From the NCBI GenBank assembly GCA_905236685.1, contig CAJOPD010000058.1, positions 1 to 44,978 of the forward strand: 44,978 nt of DNA. The letters are read 5' to 3'. This DNA comes from an uncultured Clostridia bacterium. Lineage in GTDB: Bacteria; Bacillota; Clostridia; UBA1381. The notes under the pieces are model-generated. The model was given only the letters and a program-made list of their open reading frames with translations. It had not been told where the DNA came from and ran no database searches. This document shows, piece after piece, positions 16,797-26,514 of this stretch. Numbering within the stretch: position 1 is the first letter of the stretch; each line of letters begins with the position of its first letter. Position numbers and translations under genes: made by a program.

Positions 16797-17985
16797 TAAT
16801 GTTCACCTCATCAATCCGTTTTTCTGTGCCTATTTCCTCTATAAAATCCATTGTGACGGTTACCTTTACCGTTTCTTCATCTATTTTTTCCGCATCGCAG
16901 TTTTTGCTTACCAGCTGTGCGGGCTGTAACAGCTCGTAAGATATGTCGCGTTCCAGCTCCTTTTGGGCAAAGGCAACAGCCGTTTCATAAGAAATCGGTT
17001 CCCTTTTTGTTTCATACTCTTTAAGCTCATTCACCTTAAAACCTATTCCTATGTACCTGTTTTTGCCCGCTTTTGCGTCAAAATCTCTTTCTGTGCTGTC
17101 ATACTTTTCAAAGCGCACCCTGCTTTTAATATATAACGGTATGCGCCATTTATACAGTTTTAAAGTCAAAAACCGCTGAACTCTTCCCGTGTAGGTTTTG
17201 TAGCAGTAATACTGCTTATATATACCCGATTTTTTATGCTCGGTATATGCTTCTGCCGTTCCCCTCGAATGTACCTGATATCCCTCCGCTTCCGCAAAGT
17301 CGAAAGTGCCCGAAATAATGGTGTCGCCGGCTGTAACCGCTTGATTTTCCGTGACCACGCACCGTCCCTTTTTTGTTATAACGCGCTTTATTGTGCCGTT
17401 TCGCATAGCGATTATGTCACAGGGGATTTTTTCGTCAAACATTTCGGGCGGGAAAACGCTTTTTCTGAGCCTTACGGTTGCTCTCGTTCCTCTTATATAA
17501 ACCCAGCACCAGCAAACATCGTCTGTATGGTTTAATATGATATTTTTCATTTCTTCGGGCTTTTTAAGCCTGAATTTCGGCACGCCCGTTTTCAGTCCCG
17601 CAAGCTCCAACGCATCGGATACGCGCTCCAAATCGACGCCTTTGTCGGCGTCATAATCTATCTCCCAAACAAACTGTGAGCCTGTTACCGTTATCAAAAG
17701 AAAAATTATAATTCCCGCCAAAAAGCCTTTTTTATGCTTTAATCCCGACACAAAAACGGGCAGACCGCACCTTTTAACCACCTTGATTTCGGTGCTGTCC
17801 GTTTCCAAAATCCGATTGAGGCAGGAAAGCCGCGCCTTTACCGTTATGCCGTCTTCCGTGCGGTTGATTTCGCTTAATTTACAGCCCTTTTTCAAGATTT
17901 CCGTTATAAGCTTTTCTTTATTATTACCTGTTATCAACAGTATAACATATCCAACAAAAAAATGGAAGATTTTTATAAAAAACAA
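16759..17985 (-). CDS. yqfD: sporulation protein YqfD
   Basis: About 400 aa with an N-terminal membrane-associated region. It lies between yqfC and phoH, as in other sporulating Firmicutes. Confidence 0.8.
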   Translation of the reverse strand: MFFIKIFHFFVGYVILLITGNNKEKLITEILKKGCKLSEINRTEDGITVKARLSCLNRILETDSTEIKVVKRCGLPVFVSGLKHKKGFLAGIIIFLLITVTGSQFVWEIDYDADKGVDLERVSDALELAGLKTGVPKFRLKKPEEMKNIILNHTDDVCWCWVYIRGTRATVRLRKSVFPPEMFDEKIPCDIIAMRNGTIKRVITKKGRCVVTENQAVTAGDTIISGTFDFAEAEGYQVHSRGTAEAYTEHKKSGIYKQYYCYKTYTGRVQRFLTLKLYKWRIPLYIKSRVRFEKYDSTERDFDAKAGKNRYIGIGFKVNELKEYETKREPISYETAVAFAQKELERDISYELLQPAQLVSKNCDAEKIDEETVKVTVTMDFIEEIGTEKRIDEVNIIEPKNNQSSRRN

Positions 17986-18002
17986 TTCAAAAACCTCCCA
18001 TT

Positions 18003-18272
18003 TTATATAAATTTAAGGGCATTTATTTTCCCTTGTATCAATATACAGCCTTCCTTTATCGCCTTAACGCAAAAATTTTCGCCAGATACCGAAATAACGC
18101 TGTTTTTGCATTTGAGCTTAACCGAGTTCCTTTTATAATCTTCAAGCGACAAAAAATTTTCGATATACGCCTCCTCTTCACCCAAAAGCGTTATTCTCGG
18201 AAGATTTGCCACATCGCCGTAGGGAATATCAAAAATATCGCACACCTTTTTTAAGCCGTCCAAAATTCTCAC
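18003..18272 (-). CDS. yqfC: sporulation protein YqfC (YabP family)
   Basis: An 89-aa protein with ITLLGEEEAYIENFLSLEDY..., typical of YabP/YqfC, directly upstream of yqfD. Confidence 0.8.
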   Translation of the reverse strand: MRILDGLKKVCDIFDIPYGDVANLPRITLLGEEEAYIENFLSLEDYKRNSVKLKCKNSVISVSGENFCVKAIKEGCILIQGKINALKFI

Positions 18273-18336
18273 CTCTTGAAAATTATATGCTATATTTTTT
18301 CGGTAAATGTCATATTCATTTATAGGGGGTGCAGGT

Positions 18337-19419
18337 ATGCGAAAGTCAGTATTATATATTTCCGCTCTTGTTTTGACGGCGGCAATGGTTTTTTCGCCCG
18401 AAAATTCGATTTTTTACTCGAAACAGGCGCTTTTGATGTGTTATGAAATCATAATCCCCTCTCTTTTTCCTTTTTTTGTATGCTCGGGGATTTTGGTATA
18501 TTCAGGCTTTGCACAGTCTGCCGCAAAACTTTTCAGACCTGTTATGAAGCCTCTTTTTAATGTTAACGAAAACGGTGCGTCGGCATTCGTTTTGGGCATA
18601 ATAAGCGGCTACCCCTTGGGCGCCGTTACCGCGTGCCAGCTTTATGAAAATGCATACCTTTCCAAAAGCGAGGCGGAAAGGCTTTTGGCTTTTTGCAACA
18701 ATTCGGGACCTTTATTTATACTTGGCGCGGTAGGCGCTGCTATCTACAAAAATGCAAAAATCGGCGTGATTTTATATCTTTCCCACATAATTTCCGCACT
18801 GCTCGTCGGGATTATTTTTAAATTTTACCGCCGCGGCAATTTTTCCGCGCCGAAAAGCCGTTTAAATACGGAAAATCTCCCGCCTGCCGAGATTTTTTCA
18901 AAGGTTTTGGCAAATTCTTTAAACAGTATTATTACAGTATGCGGAGCGATAGTTTTTTTCTTTACCGTATCCAATCTTTTAACAAGGCTTCTTCCGCAAA
19001 ATGCTTTTTTTGACGCTTGTATATCTGCGATTTTAGAATTTACGGGCGGTATTAAGAAGATAAGCGGGCTCTCCGTTTCCCTTCCCGTCCGTCTTGTTAT
19101 GTCCTCATTTGCGGTAGGATTTGCGGGGCTTTGCGTGCATATGCAGGTTATGGCGGTCACGGCAAAATACGGGCTGAGTTTAAAGCCGTATATTTTGGGC
19201 AAGCTCCTGCACGGCACTATTTCCTCCGCCATTACTCTTTTGATACTGAGGGCTTATCCACAAACGCTCGCCGTGTTCAATATGACGGGCGCACGGCTGT
19301 CCTGCGGTTTCTGTTGGAGCAGCGTATATGTGCTGTCGGTAAGCTTTCTGATAATATTGATGTCCGCCTTCATAATTTCCTCAAAAAATATTTTTCGGCA
19401 AAACAAAAGGGACGCATAG
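18337..19419 (+). CDS. ylbJ: sporulation integral membrane protein YlbJ-like (nucleoside-recognition/gate domain)
   Basis: A polytopic membrane protein of ~360 aa. The ATG at 18337 follows a GGGGGTG RBS. It is divergent from yqfC. Confidence 0.7.
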   Translation: MRKSVLYISALVLTAAMVFSPENSIFYSKQALLMCYEIIIPSLFPFFVCSGILVYSGFAQSAAKLFRPVMKPLFNVNENGASAFVLGIISGYPLGAVTACQLYENAYLSKSEAERLLAFCNNSGPLFILGAVGAAIYKNAKIGVILYLSHIISALLVGIIFKFYRRGNFSAPKSRLNTENLPPAEIFSKVLANSLNSIITVCGAIVFFFTVSNLLTRLLPQNAFFDACISAILEFTGGIKKISGLSVSLPVRLVMSSFAVGFAGLCVHMQVMAVTAKYGLSLKPYILGKLLHGTISSAITLLILRAYPQTLAVFNMTGARLSCGFCWSSVYVLSVSFLIILMSAFIISSKNIFRQNKRDA

Positions 19420-19429
19420 ATTGCGTCCC
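19400..19429 (-). terminator. intrinsic terminator of the zinc-ribbon gene, embedded in the ylbJ 3' end
   Basis: GGGACGCA-N5-TGCGTCCC stem (19409-19429). On the minus-strand transcript it is followed by UUUUGUUUU. Confidence 0.6.
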
Positions 19430-19447
19430 AAAGGCTTCAAAACTTAA

Positions 19448-19735
19448 TCACAAAGTAAGAGATTCCTCTTTATGCTTTTCAAAGCACTCACTGCAATAAA
19501 CGGGGCGGTCGTCCTTAGGCAAGAACGGCACCTTGTCAACCTTTCCGCAGTCAGCACATGTGATTTCGTGCATTTCCCTGTTTTGTCTTATGCTGTTTTT
19601 CCTTGCAATTCTGCACTCCTTGCACCTTATGGGCTCATTCTGGAAACCCTTTTCAGCATAAAATTCCTGCTCGCCTGCGGAGAATATGAATTCCTTTCCG
19701 CAGTCTTTGCAGATTAGCGTTTTGTCTTCGTACAT
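19448..19735 (-). CDS. double zinc-ribbon domain protein (four CxxC pairs)
   Basis: CKDCGK...CKECRIARK and CADCGK...CSECFEKH. The ATG at 19735 has GAGGG about 8 nt upstream. Confidence 0.75.
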   Translation of the reverse strand: MYEDKTLICKDCGKEFIFSAGEQEFYAEKGFQNEPIRCKECRIARKNSIRQNREMHEITCADCGKVDKVPFLPKDDRPVYCSECFEKHKEESLTL

Positions 19736-20006
19736 TCTTTGTTCCCTCACTTTGAAAATAAAAAAATTTGTTCGCTCTGAATAAAAACTTATACAGACTT
19801 GAAAAAATTATAGCATTTTATGTAAATTTTGTCAAGAATAAAATTATATATTTTTACTAACTAATTCACAAAATTTTTGACATTTTTTATACTTTTTCCA
19901 CAAAAACCGCCTTTTTATTACCTTTATGCACAAAATGTTATTTTCCTTGATTTTCCCGTTTTTATATGATATACTTTTTTGTATCAAGCAAAGGAGCAGG
20001 TTTAAT

Positions 20007-20306
20007 ATGCACGGAATAGGAAAAATTTTTAAAACAAAATACGGCGGTTTGGCGTTTTCGCTTTTGGCGGGAGCGGCATATTTTGTGATAATTCTTGACT
20101 TTATATTAAAGCACACCTCCTACGGCGGTGCGCTTTTGGGCTTTTTCTTTTCCCCTGCGATTATTGCGGGAGCGGCGCTCATAATAATAAAGACGATCAA
20201 ACGGCTTGAAGAGGAAGAAGCATTTGCAAAAATAAACCTTTTCCTCTATCTGCATATTGCGCTGATGATTTTGGGAATTGTATTTTTGATAGATATAATA
20301 AAGTAA
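20007..20306 (+). CDS. small hydrophobic membrane protein (99 aa)
   Basis: The ATG at 20007 has AGGAG upstream. It has three predicted TM segments. I recognise no family. Confidence 0.5.
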   Translation: MHGIGKIFKTKYGGLAFSLLAGAAYFVIILDFILKHTSYGGALLGFFFSPAIIAGAALIIIKTIKRLEEEEAFAKINLFLYLHIALMILGIVFLIDIIK

Positions 20307-20334
20307 AAATGCAATCGCATAAATGCGATTGCAT
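20305..20334 (-). terminator. intrinsic terminator downstream of the D-Ala-D-Ala carboxypeptidase gene
   Basis: Perfect ATGCAATCGCAT / ATGCGATTGCAT inverted repeat. A U-tract follows only on the minus-strand transcript. Confidence 0.55.
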
Positions 20335-20396
20335 CAGACTGTCGAAAAAGTCGCCAGACCGCAGAAATTTATTTACTTCTGTGTTTGGTGCCTTTT

Positions 20397-21584
20397 TTAT
20401 CCCTTTATTATTCCGCCTATTATGTCCGCCAAAATCCTGAAAAAGCCCTTTTTCGCAACATCTTCGCTCGCCACTATATCCACCGTTTTAAGCGTTTTGC
20501 CGTCCTTTGAAAATGTCACCTCACCAAGCTTGTCGCCCTTTTTGACAGGCGCTGAAACTCTGTTTTTCATTTTTACCGACTTTTCTATATCCTGCGGCTC
20601 CGACTTTTTATTTACAACATTGTAGGTTTCATCTGCTTCACACGGGACAACCTTTTCCACTCCCCAAGAAACCGTTACCGTTCCCATAGGCTCGCCCTTT
20701 TCCGCCATTTTTACCATAGAGTAATTCGAGTATCCGTAATCCAAAAGCTTGCTTGCCGACGAAAAACGCATATCGCTGTCAGGCGCTCCCAGCACAACCG
20801 CCACAAGCTCCATTCCGTTCCTTGTTGCCGTTGCGGAAAGACAGCAGCCCGCCTTTGTGGTAGAGCCTGTTTTTAAGCCTGTCGCGCCCTTATAGTTGCG
20901 GATAAGCTTGTTTGTATTTGCAAGCAAAAACTTTCCGTTCCGCAAGGAATCTGTCCATATCGTTGTATAATCGAATATTTTTTTGTGCTTTATCAGTTCC
21001 TTTGACATTATTGCAACATCTTGCGCCGTTGAATACGCCTCACTGACATCTACATCGTCATCAAGTCCGTTGCAGTTCACAAAATGCGTATTTTCCATTC
21101 CGAGTTCTTCCGCGCGCTTATTCATAAGCTCCACAAAAGCGTCTGTATTGCCGCTGATATGCTCCGCCATAGCTACACAGCCGTCATTTGCGCTTGCTAC
21201 CGCTATGCCTTTTAACATATCGCTCACGGTAAACTGCTCGCCCGCCTCCAAAAACATTGTCGAGCCGCCAAAACTCTGAGCGTGTGCGCTTGCCGTTACC
21301 ATATCGGTAAGACTGAGCTCGCCCGCCTCTATCTTTTCCATTATAATAAGCATAGTCATAATTTTTGTTATGCTTGCTATCTGCAATCTTGTATCGGCAT
21401 TCTGCTCATACATTACGGTATCGGTTGTTGGCTCTATCAAATACGCCGATTTTACTTCGGGCACAAGCTCCTCTGCATAAACCGCTCCCGAAAAACTTGC
21501 AAAAACCAAAGATATACTAAGTAATAATGCGATTTTTTTCAATGCTGCATCTCTCCCTTTATATATTATATTCAGCAAGTCCAA
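20397..21584 (-). CDS. D-alanyl-D-alanine carboxypeptidase (class C low-MW PBP, PBP5/DacB/DacF type)
   Basis: Signal/anchor sequence, SxxK (SITKIMT), SxN (SANDG) and KTG (LKTGST) motifs, and a C-terminal PBP5 beta-sandwich region. Confidence 0.9.
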   Translation of the reverse strand: MDLLNIIYKGRDAALKKIALLLSISLVFASFSGAVYAEELVPEVKSAYLIEPTTDTVMYEQNADTRLQIASITKIMTMLIIMEKIEAGELSLTDMVTASAHAQSFGGSTMFLEAGEQFTVSDMLKGIAVASANDGCVAMAEHISGNTDAFVELMNKRAEELGMENTHFVNCNGLDDDVDVSEAYSTAQDVAIMSKELIKHKKIFDYTTIWTDSLRNGKFLLANTNKLIRNYKGATGLKTGSTTKAGCCLSATATRNGMELVAVVLGAPDSDMRFSSASKLLDYGYSNYSMVKMAEKGEPMGTVTVSWGVEKVVPCEADETYNVVNKKSEPQDIEKSVKMKNRVSAPVKKGDKLGEVTFSKDGKTLKTVDIVASEDVAKKGFFRILADIIGGIIKG

Positions 21585-21597
21585 ATTTTATGACAAG

Positions 21598-22887
21598 CTA
21601 CTTCTTGTAGTACTTCAAAATCATATCCACAAATTCGCTGTTTGTTTTCGTGCTTTTCAAAAGCTGTAACACCCTTGCCATTGTATCATAGGTGTTCTGC
21701 GCGTTCAGGCTTCTTCTTATGCTCCAAACCGCCTCCGTTTCCCGCTCCGAAAGCAATTCCTCCTCCCTGCGCGTGCCCGATTTCAAAATATCTATTGCGG
21801 GGAAAATTCTGCGCTCCTGCAAGCCTCTGTCCAGTTTTAACTCCATATTTCCCGTACCCTTGAATTCTTCAAATATAACATCGTCCATTCGCGAACCCGT
21901 TTCTACAAGCGCTGTTGCAAGAATTGTAAGGCTTCCGCCCTCCTCAATGTTTCGCGCCGCGCCAAAGAATTTTTTCGGCTTTAAAAGCGCGTCGGGGTCA
22001 AGTCCTCCCGACAATGTTCTGCCCGTCGGCGTCACCGTCAGGTTATACGCCCTTGCCAGTCTTGTTATTGAGTCCAAAAGTATAACGACATCATTTTTCT
22101 GCTCGACAAGCCGCATAGCCCGTTCCAGCACCATTTCCGCGCACCTTGTATGATTTTGCGGCGTCTGGTCAAAGGTGGAGGCTACAACCTCGCCGTCAAT
22201 CGAGCGGCACATATCGGTTACTTCCTCAGGACGCTCGTCAATCAGCAGAACTATGAGCTTTGCGTTCGGATAGTTTTTGGACACAGACTGCGCTATCTGC
22301 TTTATTAAAGTTGTTTTGCCCGCCTTTGGCGGCGCTACTATCATACCCCTTTGCCCTTTTCCTATTGGCGCGATGACATCTAAAAGACGCGAGGCATATT
22401 TGTCGCGTTCCCCTGTATCAAGCCTTAATTTTTCCTTTGGATATATCGGCGTAAGCTTTTCAAAGTTTTTGCGCTTTAACGCAACTTCAAGACTGTCGCC
22501 GTTTATTTTCTTTACAAACAAAAGGGGCGAATATTTGTCCTCCTCCTGCGAAGGTCTTGCGTCACCCGTTATTTCATCGCCCGTTTTCAAATTAAACCGC
22601 CTTATCTGCGTAGGAGATACATAGACATCGGTTTCGCTCGGCTTATATCCGTCAGCACGCAAAAAGCCGAACCCGTCCGACATAACATCTAAAATACCGC
22701 ACACCTCCACCGCCTCCTGCGGTCTTTGGCGCTTTTTCGGTACAGTATCCACTTCGCTTACTGCTTTGGTTATAGCCGAAACAAGCTCGTCCCTTTTCAA
22801 TAGCGATATTTTTTCTATTCCAAGCCCTTTGGCGATTTCTTTCAGTTCTTCCTTTGTTTTTCCGCTCAAATCTGTATTTTTTTGCAA
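21598..22887 (-). CDS. rho: transcription termination factor Rho
   Basis: N-terminal Rho_N helix (ELKEIAKGLGI), a cold-shock-like RNA-binding domain, Walker A APPKAGKT, and the RecA-type ATPase. Confidence 0.95.
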   Translation of the reverse strand: MQKNTDLSGKTKEELKEIAKGLGIEKISLLKRDELVSAITKAVSEVDTVPKKRQRPQEAVEVCGILDVMSDGFGFLRADGYKPSETDVYVSPTQIRRFNLKTGDEITGDARPSQEEDKYSPLLFVKKINGDSLEVALKRKNFEKLTPIYPKEKLRLDTGERDKYASRLLDVIAPIGKGQRGMIVAPPKAGKTTLIKQIAQSVSKNYPNAKLIVLLIDERPEEVTDMCRSIDGEVVASTFDQTPQNHTRCAEMVLERAMRLVEQKNDVVILLDSITRLARAYNLTVTPTGRTLSGGLDPDALLKPKKFFGAARNIEEGGSLTILATALVETGSRMDDVIFEEFKGTGNMELKLDRGLQERRIFPAIDILKSGTRREEELLSERETEAVWSIRRSLNAQNTYDTMARVLQLLKSTKTNSEFVDMILKYYKK

Positions 22888-22904
22888 ACGCTTATACCTC
22901 TTTT

Positions 22905-23597
22905 CTAAATGAATAATGCCATAAGCAAGTTATTTTCATAAAAATATTTCAAAATATAGGTGCTTTTTACTGTTTCCGAAACGAGTTCAATTTTGTCGGA
23001 CGGTGTGAACAGGCTCACCGCACCGCAGATTATGTATATCAAAAGCAGGGCGTTTATTATGCCCAAGCCCGCACCAAGCGCGCGGTTAAGCGTTTTAAGC
23101 CCTGGCAAATTGAAAAGACCTTCCAATAACTTTAAAATCAGGAATACGAAAAGCTTCACTATCAGGAACAGCAATATAACCGAAAGGAGTTTCAGTATCA
23201 TAAGCGTTACCGCGTCGGTTATTACTTCCATAACATTATTTTTTATATCGTTCATTCCCGAAACCGTCTTATTTATGCTTTTTTGCATAAATTTAGGAAA
23301 TCCGAGCGAGGATACAATAACCTGCGTTTCCTCCGTTTCTGTCGTATCGGTGTCCTCAGGAAGCGCCTCTCTTTTGTAGGACGCGGAGATATTTTTTGCA
23401 ACCATTTGCCTTATCGCATCGCTTGCAGGCGTGCTTTGGAGCATATTTAGCATTACGGGCTGTACCGACGAAAGCAAAAGCGCTGTTAAAATTAGCGCAA
23501 GAAGCTTTTTTGACGCGCTTATAAAGCCCTTTTTCATCGAAAAGCCTATACATATCGCCGCAACAAGAATAAGTATGCCGTCACAGATATAACTCAT
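22905..23597 (-). CDS. cvpA: CvpA family membrane protein
   Basis: Four to five TM helices with the CvpA-like N-terminus (ILILVAAICIGFSMKKGF). The assignment is from overall pattern only. Confidence 0.65.
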   Translation of the reverse strand: MSYICDGILILVAAICIGFSMKKGFISASKKLLALILTALLLSSVQPVMLNMLQSTPASDAIRQMVAKNISASYKREALPEDTDTTETEETQVIVSSLGFPKFMQKSINKTVSGMNDIKNNVMEVITDAVTLMILKLLSVILLFLIVKLFVFLILKLLEGLFNLPGLKTLNRALGAGLGIINALLLIYIICGAVSLFTPSDKIELVSETVKSTYILKYFYENNLLMALFI

Positions 23598-23611
23598 ATC
23601 TTTCTTCCCTT

Positions 23612-24958
23612 CTACTGTTTTTCCTCAAAATCCTTGACTTTTGGCGGTTTTTTAAGAGCTTTTTCCTGAACGCTTGCGGCATAAACGCAGAACACCTTGT
23701 CCGAACCTGTTATATAAAGCTGCTTTATATCGCCGCCGCATTCGGCAGTAAGAACCCTTTTCCCGCTGTACTTTGTCAAAACTGCATTTCTGCCGTTATT
23801 ATATGCTACATATCTTGAATTGATGTTAATTGCGTCGGGCATATTTTCCGTTTTAATAGGCTGGTATGTCTTGCCGCTTGCCTTTAAAACAACTATTTCG
23901 CCTATGCCGTCATTATCAAAAAGAATTGCCCTACTGCCGTTTTGAGATACTGTGCTTTTTTTGATTTTTTTGCCCTCAAAATCATATTCCCAGCGTATTT
24001 TACCCTTTTCTGTGATTGACACGCATTTGCTCTCGGACAAAAGCGACAGATTTTCGCCGTCAAACCTCATATCAAAGAAAACGGTATTTTTAAATGCGTC
24101 GGTTTTGCAGATTTCCCTTCCGCGCACATCAAAAATCTGTATTATACTGCTTGCGCCTTCATCTGCGTCAAGAAGCGACACTGCAACCCTTCGTCCCTTG
24201 GATATTGCCGCGTCTAAAATGCTGTAAGAGCCTGAATCCCAGACAAAAATCTTTTTTCCGTTTTTGTTAAAGACCGCAACCTGCCCTTTATAATATTCCT
24301 TTTCGGTAACCGCTATGACATCGCCCTTTGCCGAGAGGTCGGCGGTTAATATATTGCCTTCCGTTTCGGCGGAAAACATAAGCTTTTTGCCTTTATAAAG
24401 GCTTATTTTCTTTCCGCCCGTTTCGCTTATTAAAACATATTCGTCCGAAACCTTCAAAATCGGCTCCTGCATCTGAATTTTTTCGCTCCACAAAAGCTTT
24501 GTGTCGCTTTTATACCGCGAGTATCCCGTTTCATTTGCGCAAACTATACCGTTTTGGTAGTTTGCAAATCTTGTGTTTTCGGCATTGGCAATCGCTGTGG
24601 GAAGATTTTGCCGAACTTTTGCATTATCCTTTACAGTAAAATCCGCGTCCCCTTCCTTCTTTTCGACCGTTTCTTCCTCATATTCTTCGGGTTCTGCCTG
24701 TGCAGTTTCCTCCTCCGACGCAGGTATCATACGGGGCTTCGGCTCCGGCTCGGACATATCGTCAAGATAAAGCTGTGTTTCAATAGGCAGTTCAATCCCG
24801 AGATATGTGCAAATCCCGCTTATATTCCTCTTGAAATTATTTTTATAGGCAATTACAAACTTAGGCGTCACTCCCGACTCAATAAGCGCAAACACCGATG
24901 CAACAGCAAGGCAGACTGCAACTATAAAAATTTTTAAAAATCCGCTTTTTTTGTTCAT
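23612..24958 (-). CDS. membrane-anchored protein of unknown function (possibly DUF5711-like beta-propeller)
   Basis: N-terminal TM anchor FLKIFIVAVCLAVASVFALI and an acidic linker. This is followed by repetitive beta-strand-rich sequence. The start overlaps the truA stop (ATGA). Confidence 0.6.
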   Translation of the reverse strand: MNKKSGFLKIFIVAVCLAVASVFALIESGVTPKFVIAYKNNFKRNISGICTYLGIELPIETQLYLDDMSEPEPKPRMIPASEEETAQAEPEEYEEETVEKKEGDADFTVKDNAKVRQNLPTAIANAENTRFANYQNGIVCANETGYSRYKSDTKLLWSEKIQMQEPILKVSDEYVLISETGGKKISLYKGKKLMFSAETEGNILTADLSAKGDVIAVTEKEYYKGQVAVFNKNGKKIFVWDSGSYSILDAAISKGRRVAVSLLDADEGASSIIQIFDVRGREICKTDAFKNTVFFDMRFDGENLSLLSESKCVSITEKGKIRWEYDFEGKKIKKSTVSQNGSRAILFDNDGIGEIVVLKASGKTYQPIKTENMPDAININSRYVAYNNGRNAVLTKYSGKRVLTAECGGDIKQLYITGSDKVFCVYAASVQEKALKKPPKVKDFEEKQ

Positions 24959-25692
24959 CAGTAAAACACCTCCGTCAAAAATAATCCCTGCGGTTCAGCA
25001 GTTACGCCCGCTCTTTTCCTGTCCTTTGAGGCTATTATTTCCGCCATACTTTCCGGCTCTATCTTGCCGCAGCCCACAAATGCGAGAGTTCCTGCGATTA
25101 TGCGCACCATATTATACAAAAAACCGTCGCCTGTTACCGTGATTTTTACCAAATTCCCTTCCTTTTCGATATCGAGGGAATATATCTCGCGCACCGTCGT
25201 TTTTACGGTAAAGCCGCTTGCGGCAAAGCCGACAAAATCGTGCTTTCCCAAAAATGCTTTCGCCGCCTTTTTCATTTTTGATATATCAAGCTCATAGGGA
25301 AAATGCCAGGAATAATTGCGCAGGAACGCATCTGGCTGTTTTGAATTCAGAATGTAGTAGGTATAGCATTTCTTTTTTGCGGAAAATCGGGCATTAAAGC
25401 TATCCTCCGCATCTTCTGCAAAAAGACACACTATATCGGGGGGCAGATATGTGTTAAGTGCCGCAGGTATGCGCTCGGAAGGGATTGACGCGTTCGTTTT
25501 GAAATTGCATACAAAGCTTTTTGCGTGAACTCCCGCGTCTGTTCTGGAAACGCCCGTAAGCTGCGGCACGCTGCCCGTTATACGCTCTATGGCGCCGCTC
25601 ACCGTTTCCTGCACTGTCGGCGCATTTTTTTGCATCTGCCAGCCGTGATATGCCGTGCCGTCAAATTGCAGCACCAGCTTTATATTGCGCAT
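24958..25692 (-). CDS. truA: tRNA pseudouridine(38-40) synthase TruA
   Basis: GVSRTDAGVHA catalytic Asp motif. It follows ecfT, as in many Firmicutes. Confidence 0.95.
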   Translation of the reverse strand: MRNIKLVLQFDGTAYHGWQMQKNAPTVQETVSGAIERITGSVPQLTGVSRTDAGVHAKSFVCNFKTNASIPSERIPAALNTYLPPDIVCLFAEDAEDSFNARFSAKKKCYTYYILNSKQPDAFLRNYSWHFPYELDISKMKKAAKAFLGKHDFVGFAASGFTVKTTVREIYSLDIEKEGNLVKITVTGDGFLYNMVRIIAGTLAFVGCGKIEPESMAEIIASKDRKRAGVTAEPQGLFLTEVFY

Positions 25693-25704
25693 ATCTGTAA
25701 CTCC

Positions 25705-26514
25705 TTAAAATCTCTGTATGGCTATAATCAAAACGGAAAATACCGCCATCACGCCTGCCGCGGCGGCGTCAATCCAAGTCATTTTCATCTGTTTCATACG
25801 CGTGCGCTTTTTTCCGCTGTTATAGCATCGCGAATCCATCGCAATCGCCAAATCGTCCGCTCTTTTGAATGCGCTTATGAAAAGCGGCACCAAAATCGGA
25901 ACCATCGCTTTTGTTCTTTTTAAAATATTTCCGCTCTCAAAATCTGCGCCGCGCGCCATCTGCGCCTTTATAATCTTTTCCGTTTCCTCCGAAAGCGTCG
26001 GAATAAACCGTATTGCAATAGTCATCATCATAGCAATTTCGTGCGACGGAACTTTTACGGCATTAAGCGGTTTTAACAGCTTTTCAATGCCGTCTGTCAG
26101 CATAAGCGGAGTTGTTGTAAGGGTTAAAAGCGATGTTCCCACAACAAGAAAAACAAGCCTTAATACCATCTGTGCGGCACTTACCGCCCCCTCTTTTGTG
26201 ATTTTCAGTCCCTGCCACAAGGGGAACTGCCACAAAACCGTATCCCCGCCCGTCATAAAAAGGTTTATCAAGGCGGTGAAAATCAAAATATAAAGCATGG
26301 GCTTAAAGCCCTTTATTACATACTTTACGGGCACTTTTGAAAGAACTACCAGCACCGCTGTGAATATACCGAAAAAGGCATAGGCTTTAAGCGAATGTAT
26401 GACAAAAAGAAGCACGATATAAAGCATAGCCAAAAGGATTTTCACACGCGCGTCCATTTTATGAATTACGGAGTTTCCGTCTATATACTGTCCTATTGTA
26501 ATATCCTTAAACAT
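25705..26514 (-). CDS. ecfT: energy-coupling factor transporter transmembrane subunit EcfT
   Basis: A polytopic protein with a conserved ARG-containing coupling helix (QMARGADFESG). It overlaps ecfA2 by 8 nt. Confidence 0.9.
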   Translation of the reverse strand: MFKDITIGQYIDGNSVIHKMDARVKILLAMLYIVLLFVIHSLKAYAFFGIFTAVLVVLSKVPVKYVIKGFKPMLYILIFTALINLFMTGGDTVLWQFPLWQGLKITKEGAVSAAQMVLRLVFLVVGTSLLTLTTTPLMLTDGIEKLLKPLNAVKVPSHEIAMMMTIAIRFIPTLSEETEKIIKAQMARGADFESGNILKRTKAMVPILVPLFISAFKRADDLAIAMDSRCYNSGKKRTRMKQMKMTWIDAAAAGVMAVFSVLIIAIQRF

